Assembly: GCA_973895155.1 (NCBI GenBank)
Contig: OZ316899.1
Location: forward strand, 9,918,287-9,982,286
Source: Marsupella aquatica
Lineage: Eukaryota > Plantae > Marchantiophyta
Length of the DNA stretch: 64,000 bases
Direction of reading: 5' to 3'
The position numbers and the translations under genes were made by a program. The notes beneath the pieces are model-generated. The model saw only the letters and a list, made by a program, of their open reading frames with translations, was not told the origin of the DNA and ran no database searches. Each line of letters begins with the position of its first letter. Within the stretch, counting starts at the first letter, position 1. Positions 22,286 to 34,300 of this stretch are shown here, piece by piece.

Positions 22286-25200
22286 AGACCTTCTAACAAG
22301 GAAGATTCAGCTAGCAGAATTTCAAGTGAGAATCACTTACGAACTCCTCTGTCGCCCATTGTTTTTGTAGATTTTAGGGTGTTCTTGGCTGACTGAGCAG
22401 AACCATTGCAACCAGGGATTTGTGAGCTGCCGGAGAGAATGGACTAGTCTCTGTCGGGGAGTCGTTCATCCTACTGAGGTTCTGCATTGGTTTTGGCTCT
22501 CTCTTCATGTTGTTTGGTTGTCATCCTTTTCCTTTGTTCTTTCTTCGATAACTACTGCTGCTGCTCGATCCTTCTTGCAAAGTTGCTAGGGTTCTCAACG
22601 GAGAGAAAGCAGGAGAGGAGAGGAGAGGAGATTGACCGACCCGCATGTTTTGTGTGAAATCGATATAGAGAGGATTTGGTGAGAGTTGTGTGTGTGCTGC
22701 AGAATTGATTCAGAGAGCGTCGACGTTGGAGCGAGAAAGAGATCAAGAGGAGGAGGGATTAGGGGTTGAGAGGGTGGACAGTGAAGCGTTGGGTGTTGCG
22801 GCTGTGGAGCCAAAACCAATGCCCAAATGCCATGAGGGCACAAGAGCTCATCTAGGACGGGATCCTCACCCACTTTCTATACTTCATTGAGCTCAGCTGC
22901 GGAGCAACAAAGGGGTAGGTAGGTAGCCTTGGAGCTGACCACTTTCAGGTCGAATGCGCGGCCCAAATTTCAGGTTCAGTTTTTCATCCGTTATCATTGG
23001 TCGTGGGACGGTGAGTGAAAGGGGGTCGCGTTGCTTGCTTGTGCTGCCCCGAACCAGCCTTTCATTCTTATGTGTATGTATTGTTGCTACTGTCCTTAAG
23101 TCACATTGCCCAGGTTCTTCGTTGCTTCATGGACTTCTTGGGTGAGATGCACAGGACAATGGAGTTAGTGGAGTCCTACAGAAGTCTGGACAGACGAGGG
23201 CCTAGTCTTGTTTCCATTCACTCATGTCCTGAATATGCATTGTTGGTGAAAGCGTCTTTCGGTTTGGTCATTTGTGTCTTTTGTCTGGTGTTATGTATGC
23301 TGCCCGGTTTTACCACCAACTTATTGTTCACCTCGTGGCTCCATTCGCACCACATTTTGCATTGCAGAGGTCCTTTAGCCTTCTCTGGAACCTCACACTC
23401 ACACTCACACTCACACCATAAATTGTGTCTAACTTAGTGACAAGACCTCGATCTATCTGCATAGATGCCAACTGTCAGTGAGGTCATTTCAGCTGTTGGG
23501 TGCCGGAACTGATCGCTTCCCTTCACTTCATCGCTCATTTCCCTTTGCACATGATCCCATTATTTAGCCATCTATTAGCTGTGGTGTTGAGCTGCTGTGT
23601 TTGCTGAGCAGCTCAAAGACTTGCAGTGAAGGACGAGCTAAAGGCATGGACAAGGTGCCGTTGGAGACGACCTGTCTTCACAACTTGCTGCAGCTCAGTC
23701 AACTACAGCCGGTTGGAGCTATAGGTTAGTTTTCTGCATCTTGTTTTCTGCAAAGTGCAAGAGGAACAAGGCGGGACCTGGCAACTTCAAGACCTTTCTG
23801 GTTTCATTTTAACCATTACCTTGAGTTTGCCCAGTATCTAGTGCCCCACTATGAGTATGCTAGGGTCCTGTATGTGATTCAAATGCAATAGACTCCCTGG
23901 GGTTCCTTAAATTGCCAGTCTTCTTGTTCTGATTTTAAATATTTGTTCTGGTCTCCCTTTTCTCTCCTGTTCTGTACCAATCTTCTTATCGTAGCTGGAT
24001 TTGCTTTCTTTGTAGAGACCAGAGTATGTGGCCCTTTGTTTAGAGAAACGATACACTGTGAAGTTTTTATGTTTCAGCGATGCATGCTTAATCATTCAGC
24101 GATGCATGCTTAATTTGTTTCTCTATTTTCTGGTCTTTGTTTCTTTGTTTCTCTGTTTTATGGCTTTTGCAAATAGAGTCACCCTAAATGTAAGATCCCG
24201 TGCATACAGTGTGAACAGATATTCATTCGCAATTCTTTCACTTCTGGTTTTTCTAATTCTTTCCGCTTTGTCTTTGAATGTGGTATGAATCACTTTGTCT
24301 TTGAATGTGCCCCTTCCTTTTGTGTTCTTGGTCTCACTAGTACTAAGACTTCATTTTGGTGCAGGTGGAGTGCAGATAGACAAGAGTTCTCTGTAGCCAA
24401 TTTCAATAGAATAACAGTTGTTTGGTAACCCCCGGCCCATTCTAAGCTATAGGAGGCAGGAGCAGAGCACGTAACACTACAGTATAGTTGGAGCCCACAT
24501 TCGCCCAATATTTGGCTTGTGAGCTTCTACCTGCAACCTACATCGACCCTACATCTCGGAGAGGTGGAGCGAGGGCGTGCATCGTGCAACCTAAGCCGAC
24601 GGATCTTGTCAGTCACTCAGGCAGGGTAGGGGTCCACCTTTGCAAGGTACAAACTAACTCAGATTTTGAATGTAGGATTTGGCTTCGATTGGCTCCTCTG
24701 TTTTGCTGGCTTCTTCATATCTGCTCATAACTGCATACACATTCTACCTGAGGGGAGTATGACTGTACACCTCAGGTAGAACCAAGCCAAGCCCTATAAG
24801 TAAATTGCTTAAAAGTAAAAAACATTTTCCATATGGGTATCTTCAGCTTGGGTTCAGGGAGTCAACCGAGGTGCTTGTTCTCTGCAACTTGTGAAGTGAC
24901 TGAGGAGACTGAATCCCCCTTTGAACTAAAATGCATACATGCTGTTTGGCCTCCTGCTGCGTCCTCTGGCTTGGGCTCCTTGGCCTTTGGCATTGTTTGT
25001 GAAATGTGAGCGGATTGGGGCCCTCACCAAAATGTTCACAAGCTTTCACCCTCGTTCATTCAGCAATGCATGCTTAATTTGGACAACCAAGTGTAGAGTT
25101 GACTCTTTTTGAATATTGTAGTCTGTTTTGTCTTGAACTGGGCCATGGATGAATTGACCTTGGAGGCAGTTTTTTCATTCCCATCTTCCTTTTGTCAAGT

Positions 25201-25707
25201 GAGCTTTCTGCCACCCCCTTTTGGTGGGCCCTTTTTTAGGAAGATCCTTATTGTGAACACAGTCTGTACCATGGTTATGAAGTTTGACTGAGTGCTACGG
25301 GCCACTTCCTGTGCCGGCCTATGCTGTATCAACAAGTTTCATGCATATCATGTTTATAAGAGCTTTTGTGTTGATGCACAATATAGTTGTGCCAACTGAA
25401 TGCCAGTCTACCTACACTCTTGCTCAGTTCACTCTTACAAGCAGTGAACTACCTCTCTGCTGCTCACTGCAAGGTGAGACTTTCAGTCTTTATGGATATT
25501 GTACTTTGCAACATTGTTGATTAGGAGTGTTTCATGCTATGTTTATACTATGACCTCTACTTGGAACCAAGGGAATGACACAGTGAGTGGGAACTGATAA
25601 GTTAAGGTTGGTTATTGTTGGTGAGGCAAGTACAGCTCCTACTCACCTTGCTGATCGAAGGACGTCAGAGGACGTGAACACAAAACATCTGAAGAAAAGC
25701 AACAGTT

Positions 25708-26158
25708 ATGGTGAGCACTCACAATGCTGAACATGTGCAGCTTGCACGCAAGGCAAAGAGGTTGCGCCTTTTGAGTATGTCAGACTTGGGATCCTTCCTG
25801 CCCAGTCTGCATGGTACTTTGAGTACCCTATTGTTGCCAAGAATAACTACAGCGGCCTATACCTGCTTCTCCACCCTTCCCAACATCCTTGGTATTTCTG
25901 TCTCTCGTACATGACCCGCCACAAATTAGGGCCCAAGGGTGTGTACACAGTTGCCAATATGACTATCCTGCCTGTCGGGCTTCTGGCCTAGAGTTGGATG
26001 ACCGTTCTCTTGGATGTCGATTTTTGCATAGAGCACAATGTATCATCTGGAACCACTCTCCATCCTGCAGTGTGCCTGGCGATGTCACTTGTCCTGGCCT
26101 CCCAGACCCCACCACCGGTGCTTTTGGTGTCTACACATGTTTGGATCACACGTTGTAG
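25708..26158 (+). pseudogene. Cargo gene 1 (copy B): Cys/His-rich PHD-like protein, frameshifted
   Basis: Near-identical to intact ORF 47930-48379, with small indels near 25770 and 25853. Confidence 0.7.
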
Positions 26159-26899
26159 AGGAGCACTTGTCACCCCGTATGCACAGACCAGACTACAATG
26201 ACCTATAACTTAATGCTCTGACTTAAGCACCGAGGATATTTATTTAAAATTTTGAAGTATGAGCAATTTTGGGTAAAGGGTTTAGGGTCCACAGTATATA
26301 ACTTATCCTATTTTGGCTGCACTAAGTGGAATATCCTAATGTAAGAATTAAGCAAGCTCTCTTTAAATTCTCTATTCAATCAGTGCTTTAATGATTGCTT
26401 AACTTGGCCAACATTGTAACATTATATGACAAAATTAATGGGCCATGTGATAACCTGCAAACATCCCTTACACGTATGACTTATTTGTCTCACTATCATA
26501 GCCTATATAGGATGTATAAAGTACAACTGTCATCACACTGCTTGATCCCAATCTTGTTGGAAAAACACCTGTTTTTCATGTGATGACTATTGTATGTGAT
26601 TCAAATGCATGAAATGTTGTTGCAGATCATTTTTGGTGAATCATATCCACGAAATTGAGGTGTTGGTGGAGCAATTGTACTAGGGGATCAGTTTAGTGTG
26701 TGGGCTCAACAAACCAAAAGTATGTTTGCTCTGCATCCTTGTGTGGCCATTGCAATTCATTGCAGTAGCAAATGCCTTTGTACCTTAAATGCTAAATTTT
26801 TCTTTCTGTGAAGTCTGCTAAAATACATTGTGTGTACAGTCTGCCAAAATGTATTGCCTGTACCGTCTACTTAATTGTATTGTCTGTCTCATGCGTAGG

Positions 26900-27581
26900 C
26901 ATAGCACGCCCAAAAATTCCAACGAAAAAGCGTGTGATAGAGGTGAGCAACACAGGTGTACCTGGGCCAGATGTTACTAACTTCTCTGCAAGTCAGATTT
27001 TCCAGAAGGCAGCTCATTGTTGTGCCATTTGTGACGATGGTGGGAGCTTGGTCATCTGTGAGGGCCCTTGCATGAGACATTTCCACCTCAACTTGGAGTC
27101 TCGCCTTGCTGCAGAAAACAACTGTCCAGGGGTGGGCCTCCCGTCAACACACCAAGGAGACTGGATGTGCACTGATTGTTTGGAGAAGTAGGCTAATTGT
27201 GCACAGTGTGGGAAGTTGGGGTCCTATGAGGGCTCTATTGATGCTGCACCGGATGTTAGGAAATGTCCAGACCGTTTTTGTGTGAGGTTTTTCTGTTTTG
27301 AGTGTTTGCCTGCTCATGCCACAGCTTGCCCACTTCATAGGTGCAAGGCATGTGGTGAGCATGATGATGAGTACTGGGCTGACATAGTCCACTGTGCTAG
27401 GTGTCCCACTATGTGGCACTATCATTGCTTGAAAGATCGTCAAGTAGAGGGTTATGCTTGTGATAGAGAAATCTATGATCACTCTGCACATGGTGTTGAT
27501 CGATGGATATTTTATTGTCATCGCCATACCATTGATCCTATCTCGCGCACTCCTGTAAGAGATCACATATCTTGGCTGTGA
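26900..27581 (+). pseudogene. Cargo gene 2 (copy B): EDM2-type PHD module
   Basis: CAICDDGGSLVICEGPCMRHFH...CPLHRC..C..CARCP..WH..CL...YCHRH.ID...TPVRDHI. ATG mutated to ATA and one CAG>TAG stop at 27189. Confidence 0.88.
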
Positions 27582-28177
27582 AGCTGAACATTGTACATGC
27601 ACAGGGCACCTGATGTGGATGTACTATTTTTGGAGATTGCAGAGATTCCAATTTTGAAAAGGAGTTGGGTAGGCGAGTTTATATAGGGAGCACTTATCCT
27701 GTGCCTTGGCATTATTGGCTGGGTATATGCCTATAAAAACTTATCCTTACAAGCCTTCTTGGAAGTATTTAGGCTTAGTGGTCATTTTCACAAACACTCT
27801 CATCAGACTGCTAAATTAAAATAGGACTTCAAAGTTGTAAGCATATAAATTATCAGGCATGTAATTAATCAAATTGCCCTATAAGTTTGCCATTGAATGT
27901 ATCCTCCTTTACAACAAAATATGTATGTAAAGGCCATGACAAGTTGGTTGCACTTCATTTCACCTTTGATATGGATTTATAAGTATATATTCAAACAATG
28001 TCCTCCATCCGTGCAGGTGCCTAGTACGTATTGTTCACATATCCCCTGTACCTATCAAAATTGGACTTGAGCAACAGTGGACCGAATCAACTTAAAAAGC
28101 AGGAATTTTGGTGTCCTTCTATTGGCAGGTGAACCCATTCTTCCAATATTCACTCTGATCACGTAGGGTGTGTGTAC

Positions 28178-29050
28178 ATGGAGTCTGGGAAACGTAGAAA
28201 GTGTGACCACCCAGCAGTGTTTATAGGGGTCAGAGCCATTTTGGTCCATGGCCAGCATGGGTTGACCAAAGTGCACTGGCCAACTGTACAAAAACGATTC
28301 TTTGAGCTCCATGGCACTGTAGTTCAGGACATCACTCTAGAGACTACACATGTTGTTGCAGGGACATGGCTATCAGTGATAAACAAGTGGTCATGGTCCT
28401 ACATGAATTCTGCAATTACTGAGCAAGGCCTAAAAGTAGTTGAGGCCTCTTGGATCACAGATTCCATAGCACACCAGATTGTACAGGATACTGAGCAATA
28501 TGAACTGTGGGAGGATGAAGAAGCTACTGCATGAGCTTGGGCTGAACAAGAAGTCTGGGAAGCAAAGGCACGGATTACTGATGTCCAATATGGACCTGTA
28601 CTCAACAAAGGACAAAGCTCAAGAAGGCTGAAGAGTATGTTGGTTGAGGAGATGAAGCAACCAACCCCCATTCTGAAAGGGCTGAGCATGGTTTTTGTGG
28701 AGGCGGGAATTGGAGAGGTTAAGTGCAAAGTGTACAAGTCCATAGTGCTTGACCTAGGTGGGATAGTGGAGGAGAATATAACAGAGGACACCACTCATGT
28801 CATTACTAAGTCATATCCCAAAGCCTGCTGCAAGTTTGTGAAGGGTGACATTCGCTTTTATGTCATGTCCCATAATGTGTTTGTGGTTTCATATGCTTGG
28901 CTTGTGGAATCAGTAGCAGCTGGGAAGCGTCAAAACCCAATGGACTATGATCTTTTTGAGGCCTGGCCACGGAAGGGTCAGGATCCTCATAGTGAAAACT
29001 ATGTGACAACAAGTGAGGAAGGGGTTATTAGCGATTCTGAATCAGAGTGA
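28178..29050 (+). pseudogene. Cargo gene 3 (copy B): tandem BRCT protein
   Basis: Two repeats of G.VV..IT..TTHVV ... VV..SW..DS/ES. One in-frame stop at 28532. Confidence 0.85.
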
Positions 29051-29253
29051 GGAGTATGTAGCAGCAGCAGTTTTGAGACAAGCTTTTTGTACAAATCACA
29101 TCTTTGAAATAAATGTGATATTTGAACTAACGTAGCTTGTTATGGTTGGTCGCAGTTATTTTACTGTTGGCGGATTGTTGTTTCCTGTTGCCTGGGGGTG
29201 TCACTGTAAACTTACTGGGTGGGCTGAAATCTTGGCGGCAAACTTTGGTGGGT

Positions 29254-29799
29254 ATGTTGCCTTTCCTACATCAACATGCGCTATGTAAGCTCCTCCTCCG
29301 GGTTGCCACATGGCTGGCCACTGTTTGGACTCTCTTGCATGGGTTGGTGTTGAAACATATTTTGGCACCGCCTGAGGATGCAAGAGACGATGAATCTTAT
29401 TTTTCAGCAAATGAGATTGAAGAGCAGAATGTTGTGGGGACTTCCTTGTTGCCTGGTTTGCCACATGATATAATGCTGTCGGATGTGTGGCCCAAAATTC
29501 TTCTGTGGTCAACCGCACAAGACATTTGCAAAATTAGACTAATTAGCACACAATGGAGGGACTTGGTAGGTAGCTCCCCCCAGTGGAGGGCATTAGAACC
29601 ACTTCTTGTAGGCACAGATCAAACCCCACCCTGGTATGCCCAGGGCATACTCCTTGATGACCTGATGTACATGCCAGTGTACCTCAGGTGTGACTACCAT
29701 CGAGAACAGGGTGGGTATATCCAGATGAACTCTAGTAGTAACGTGAGGACATCTCATACTGCTCTCATGCCAAGCACGTTTGTCTATGACTATAGGTGA
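29254..29799 (+). CDS. Cargo gene 4 (copy B): F-box protein with hydrophobic N-terminus
   Basis: SLLPGLPHDIMLSDVWPKI....DICKIRLISTQWRDLV matches the plant F-box pattern. Start chosen as the ATG shared with copy C. Confidence 0.75.
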   Translation: MLPFLHQHALCKLLLRVATWLATVWTLLHGLVLKHILAPPEDARDDESYFSANEIEEQNVVGTSLLPGLPHDIMLSDVWPKILLWSTAQDICKIRLISTQWRDLVGSSPQWRALEPLLVGTDQTPPWYAQGILLDDLMYMPVYLRCDYHREQGGYIQMNSSSNVRTSHTALMPSTFVYDYR

Positions 29800-30799
29800 T
29801 TGGACTCTGATATGGTCATGGATGTACGTGCTTGGTTGGCCATTGTAGACTGACGCAGTATAAGTGAGGACAGCAAAGGAGGTGACACCCTGAGACAGTT
29901 AGGAATTTTGTTACAGTGTAACCTGAGAATAGGTACACGATTCAAGAACCTTTCTTGTATGTTTTTTGGTGGTTGTAGAAAGTCTATGCCTGATTTATTA
30001 CACTATTTTATGTCATATGTTTTGGTAGATAGTGTGAACATCGGAACACAGCTAAACAAGAAATGTATTTTCCACTTTCATATTGGAATGACAATTAAAT
30101 CTGAGTGCCTGTGTTTTGAACTCTAAGATGGAGTCTGTGATGCCTAGCCAGGAATCATTAGGCCAGTTTAAATAGTAAAATCAGGAGTGTACCATAGGAA
30201 ACACATTAGTATAGTAACAAAAACAGGGAAATATAAACAATTAAGGGTGACTATGGAACCCGAGCCGAGGCCGAAAGTAAGGACGCCGGGGAAGGGAACA
30301 TGATTAGGGTTAGGGAACGCTAAGTACCGGCAGCTATGGGTAACCAACGGGAAGGAAAACCAGCCAAAGGGGGGGTAAGGACCAAGCGCAAGGAAGGGCG
30401 GCTCATTTGCAAGCACGAGCCAAGCGGATGACTATGGGAGGCCAACTATTGTCCGCTGCTTAGGCAAGCACTCGGGGTGGAAGCAGATACCGACAATCAA
30501 CTCAAGAAGGGTATGAGCAACGTCAATCAAGCTGCTCATTTTTGGGGATGCCTGTTAGAACGGGCAACTGAGTACATTGGGACCTACGAGGACAAAGAAT
30601 CGGAGAGAGCGGCTCAAGAATGGCAGGAGCTTGCTCGGCTGTGGGAGCTGCAGAAGTCTGCTTTCTTAGGAGGAAAACTCATTACGGCTGAATTCTTGTG
30701 TATGCCTACTGCCGACGAACTCGATGATCTTCTATTTTCTGAGAACAGAATAATCGGCATCCGGAGGCCATCAACCGCTGCAACGACATACATTGGGAG

Positions 30800-33700
30800 T
30801 TGAAGGGTAGTACGGAGGGGCGGACGAAGGCAACCGTGCTAGGAGAAACATCCACGGCAGCCGCTCTGAAGAGGAAAGGGAACAACAACCAAGAAGCCAC
30901 CCCTGCAAAAAGAACGAGGTTGGCGGCACCCAGGAAACCAGTAGAGCAGGGAAGCAAGAGGCAGGTGGAAGCCGAAGAGGAGGAGGTTGACCCCATCAAT
31001 GTCGTTCCAACAAGAGATGACACCTGGAAGGGCTGGGCGGTGACCCTCCCCGAGGAGGTGCAATTACACTTTGCACGGGAAGAGGATGCATGCTTTACGG
31101 CTATGCAGACTCGGAAATACCAAGGCTTCATGGCCAGATCTGGCTTGGAAGCCTTCGTAAAGTTCCCATGGCTGAAGCCGGAGGTGCCGGATTCAGACTT
31201 ACTAGAATTCGTGGGATCATGGGAGCCCGAGACCAATTCCACAAGGGTGTATGGGAAGGATTTCTATCTCACTCGTTGGGTGATTGCCAAAGTGTTTGGC
31301 TTGCCGATGGGCAATAAGACCAAAGTAGATACCAGGAAGACCTTGACAGACAAGGAGTTCCGGTTGTTTCCAGGGCCATCAACAAAGAATGGCTTCTTCC
31401 AAAACACTTACACAAACCCGCACATAGGAGAAATGATTGATTTCTTGCGGGTGACCATGCATTGTAACTTGTCGAGGGCAGAGATCGGCAAGGCACGGGT
31501 CTATCTGGCGGAGAGGCCAGACCCAAGCCGAGACTACAACGGGTACCTCCTCACCCAACTAAAGAAGATCTTGAAGGAGGAACAGCTGGTGATCGGCATG
31601 GGAAGCGTGTCCCGGCTTGGTTATCACATGCCGCTATTGTGCTGGTATGCCCGAAGTCAGATATTCGCCCCGGTACTACCCCTGCAGGCAAGAGCACCAG
31701 AGGAGGTTCCGGAACCAAGGCCGGCAACAGAGAAACCAACCCAGCCCGACAGTCCTACAATCAAGTAGGTGTTTAGGCCGAGGAAGGAAGACTTGCCGAT
31801 GCAGCAACCAGGCATGCAAAATCTGCTAAAATTGCTGGAGAAGGAAAGGAGAACGGCAACGGGACCGGTACAGGATACTGCTGCAGAAGTCGGCCTTAGC
31901 CAACTTACCAGGGAAAACCCCTTTACCGGGGTCAAGGAGAGAAGGAGGCCGGAACACAAGCCGGGAGTCCAAATGTATGTAGGAGATTCAAGTCCCAAAG
32001 CCGAGGAAAAGCAGCCCGAAGCTCCTGGTCGCGACAGGGAGAAGATGAGATCAACGTGGAAGCCGGAGGAACCGGGACCCATGATCTGTGAGGCCGTGTT
32101 CACTGCAAGACCAGGACAGCAGCGGGGGGAGCCGGTAGTCCAAGCCGAGGAGGAGGCAGTAGAAGGGTACGACAATGATGACTCCGGGTATGGGTCGGAC
32201 CATCATGTTCTAGGAATAAGGACCCTATGGCAGGTTCATCCCCACTCTTCCAAGAGTAGTTCGAGGGGACCCGACCCAGCAGAGCAGCCCCGAGTCTCCC
32301 CCACCAGATGTCGCTCCCCCGAGCTTTGACGGCATAAAACAGACGGCATAGGAGTTTCAAGAACGACTCAGGGAGGAAGAAGAGGCAGCCCTGGCTAGGG
32401 AGAAGGATTTACCAGGAGGAGAATGGCCAGAGGACATCAGGCGGCTTTCAGAAAAACGAAGCAGCCCGCCAGCCATGATAGAAGAAATTTGCAGGGCGGC
32501 TTGGGAACAAAGGCCGTGGTGGATGATGCCGATGACTTCTACTAACTCCGCCTATGCTAAAGAACGAGCCATGGAGTACGGGGAGATGTGTGGGGAACTT
32601 GCGCTCGACATCTTTGGGGAGGAGTTGGAGCAGGGACCTTTTTCCAGAGGGAAATGTTGGAGAAGCACCGATTAGAAGAAGCGGTGACTTTGGAGAGAAG
32701 CAAGAAGGACGAGGTCATCCGTCGGCTTAGGGCAAGGGAAGCCAAGGTAGAAGACCTGAAGACGGCCAAGAAAGCCCAAGATGAGCTACGGATTAAGCAA
32801 CATGAGCTCAACATCATGCAGGGGCAATTGGATACCGCGCAGTCTGATAATCAGATTATCAAGGATAAACTGACTCGGACCCAGGGTGAGCTGGCCAATT
32901 CGATCAAGGAGAAGGAGAAGTGGAAGCGAGAGTTGAGAGACGTAGAGGAGGCCCACATAGCAGCCAACAATCGGGCCATGGCGGAAACTCAGAGAAGGGA
33001 AAGGGCGCTGAAGGGGGAACTTGAGGATATCCGCGGAGCCCTTGAGCAAAAGGAGGCCGAGTTAGGGAAATCCTATTAGGCGATTATCATGCTGGGGCAG
33101 GAGCTCGCATCCATGACGGCCAGCTTCAAGGCCGACCTCCGCGAGAAAGACGACTAGCTCGACCAGACTTATGCCAAGATGAATAAAATGGAGTCTGAGG
33201 TCGTTAGGAGCTCGACAAGGAGCTGAGAGCAACCCAGGAGGAGAGGGCTACCTTAAAGAAGAGATTGGAGGAAGCCCAGAAGGAGCGGGAGGAGGCGTGC
33301 AAGGACCTGGATGAATTGTAGAAGGAGTTGGAGGAAAGCACGCGGAAGATGGAGAACTTACAGCGGCGAGCCGACAACCAAACGGAGCGGCTGAAGAAAC
33401 AGGCCGCAGTATTTAAGTGCTTGGCTTCCTCAGGTCCAACTCCAATTGGGGCAACCAAGTTACCAGGAGTAGTACTGGCCGAAGGACAAGCCGAGACACT
33501 CGCACCGGTGCCGGAGGTAAGTGGCAAGGGGAAGGGGCCAGCTGCCAAACCAAAGAAGAAGAAGAAGCGGAAACCTTCTGGGTCAGGGAGTAATACGGCT
33601 CCTCAAGCCGTCTTGACCAAGGAGGTAAACCTAGCCCCAACCTCGGGCAGGGTCACGGCAGAGGATCCAACTGCCCTAGAAGGCGGGGATGGCAAAGCCG

Positions 33701-33924
33701 AGGCCAGGATACTTGGTGATGAAGCCGGGGTACCGGATCCACCACTAGAATGTACCGGGGAGGCCGTGGCCGATGCTGAGGCCGAAGCCGAGGGTGGACC
33801 CAGTCAGGCCAATGAAGAGTTGACTTGGTCCGAAGCAGGTAATCTGTTAGAGGACGGACCTACGGTAGTAGCTGCGGAGGAAGTGTTGGGGGCGTCCATT
33901 GAGGACCAGACACCGCTGCCATGA
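30800..33924 (+). pseudogene. Long degenerate ORF: plant retrotransposon accessory domain plus extended coiled coil
   Basis: Chained ORFs 30800-32329, 32475-33079, 33328-33924. GLEAFV..LLEFVGSW...RVYGKDFYLT...IAKVFGLP resembles Transposase_32/PMD-type accessory domains. E/K/R-rich heptads at ~32650-33420. Confidence 0.6.
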
Positions 33925-34300
33925 CGGTGGTGGAGGGCCGCTCCTTTTAAGGAGGGCGGACGTGGAGGGAGGAGGCGTGAGTGGGCAGGGCGGGCTCAGA
34001 TCTCCAAGTTTAGAATTAGGATCATGACCAAGGGGCGGCCCTGACACTTAGCTTAGTGGGATTGCGGATCCACTGGTAAGAGCAACACTTGTGCTCTTGC
34101 CTCACTGTACATAGGTAGATTATAGTTAGGTAGATTAGGCTTACGCTGCAAGGAATTAGGCGGAGTCACTACCAGGATAAGTACTTGGGCAGCGGGAAGT
34201 TCAGGGCCTTCTTCCTTAGCAAGTTTTTAGTTGTCAAACACTTGTCAAGGAGCTTAAGCGGCTTTTCTCCCCAAAAGACTACCTAATACCTGCTCCATAT

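Noticed and set aside
22030-25520. Many short ORFs in the 5' arm of element B (likewise 43744-47644 in C)
   Set aside because: No motifs, not conserved between the sister elements, and composition typical of UTR or intron.
25080-30130. Segmental duplication or assembly duplication of 47476-52190
   Set aside because: Copies are clearly diverged, and the second is bounded by its own TIRs and TSD.
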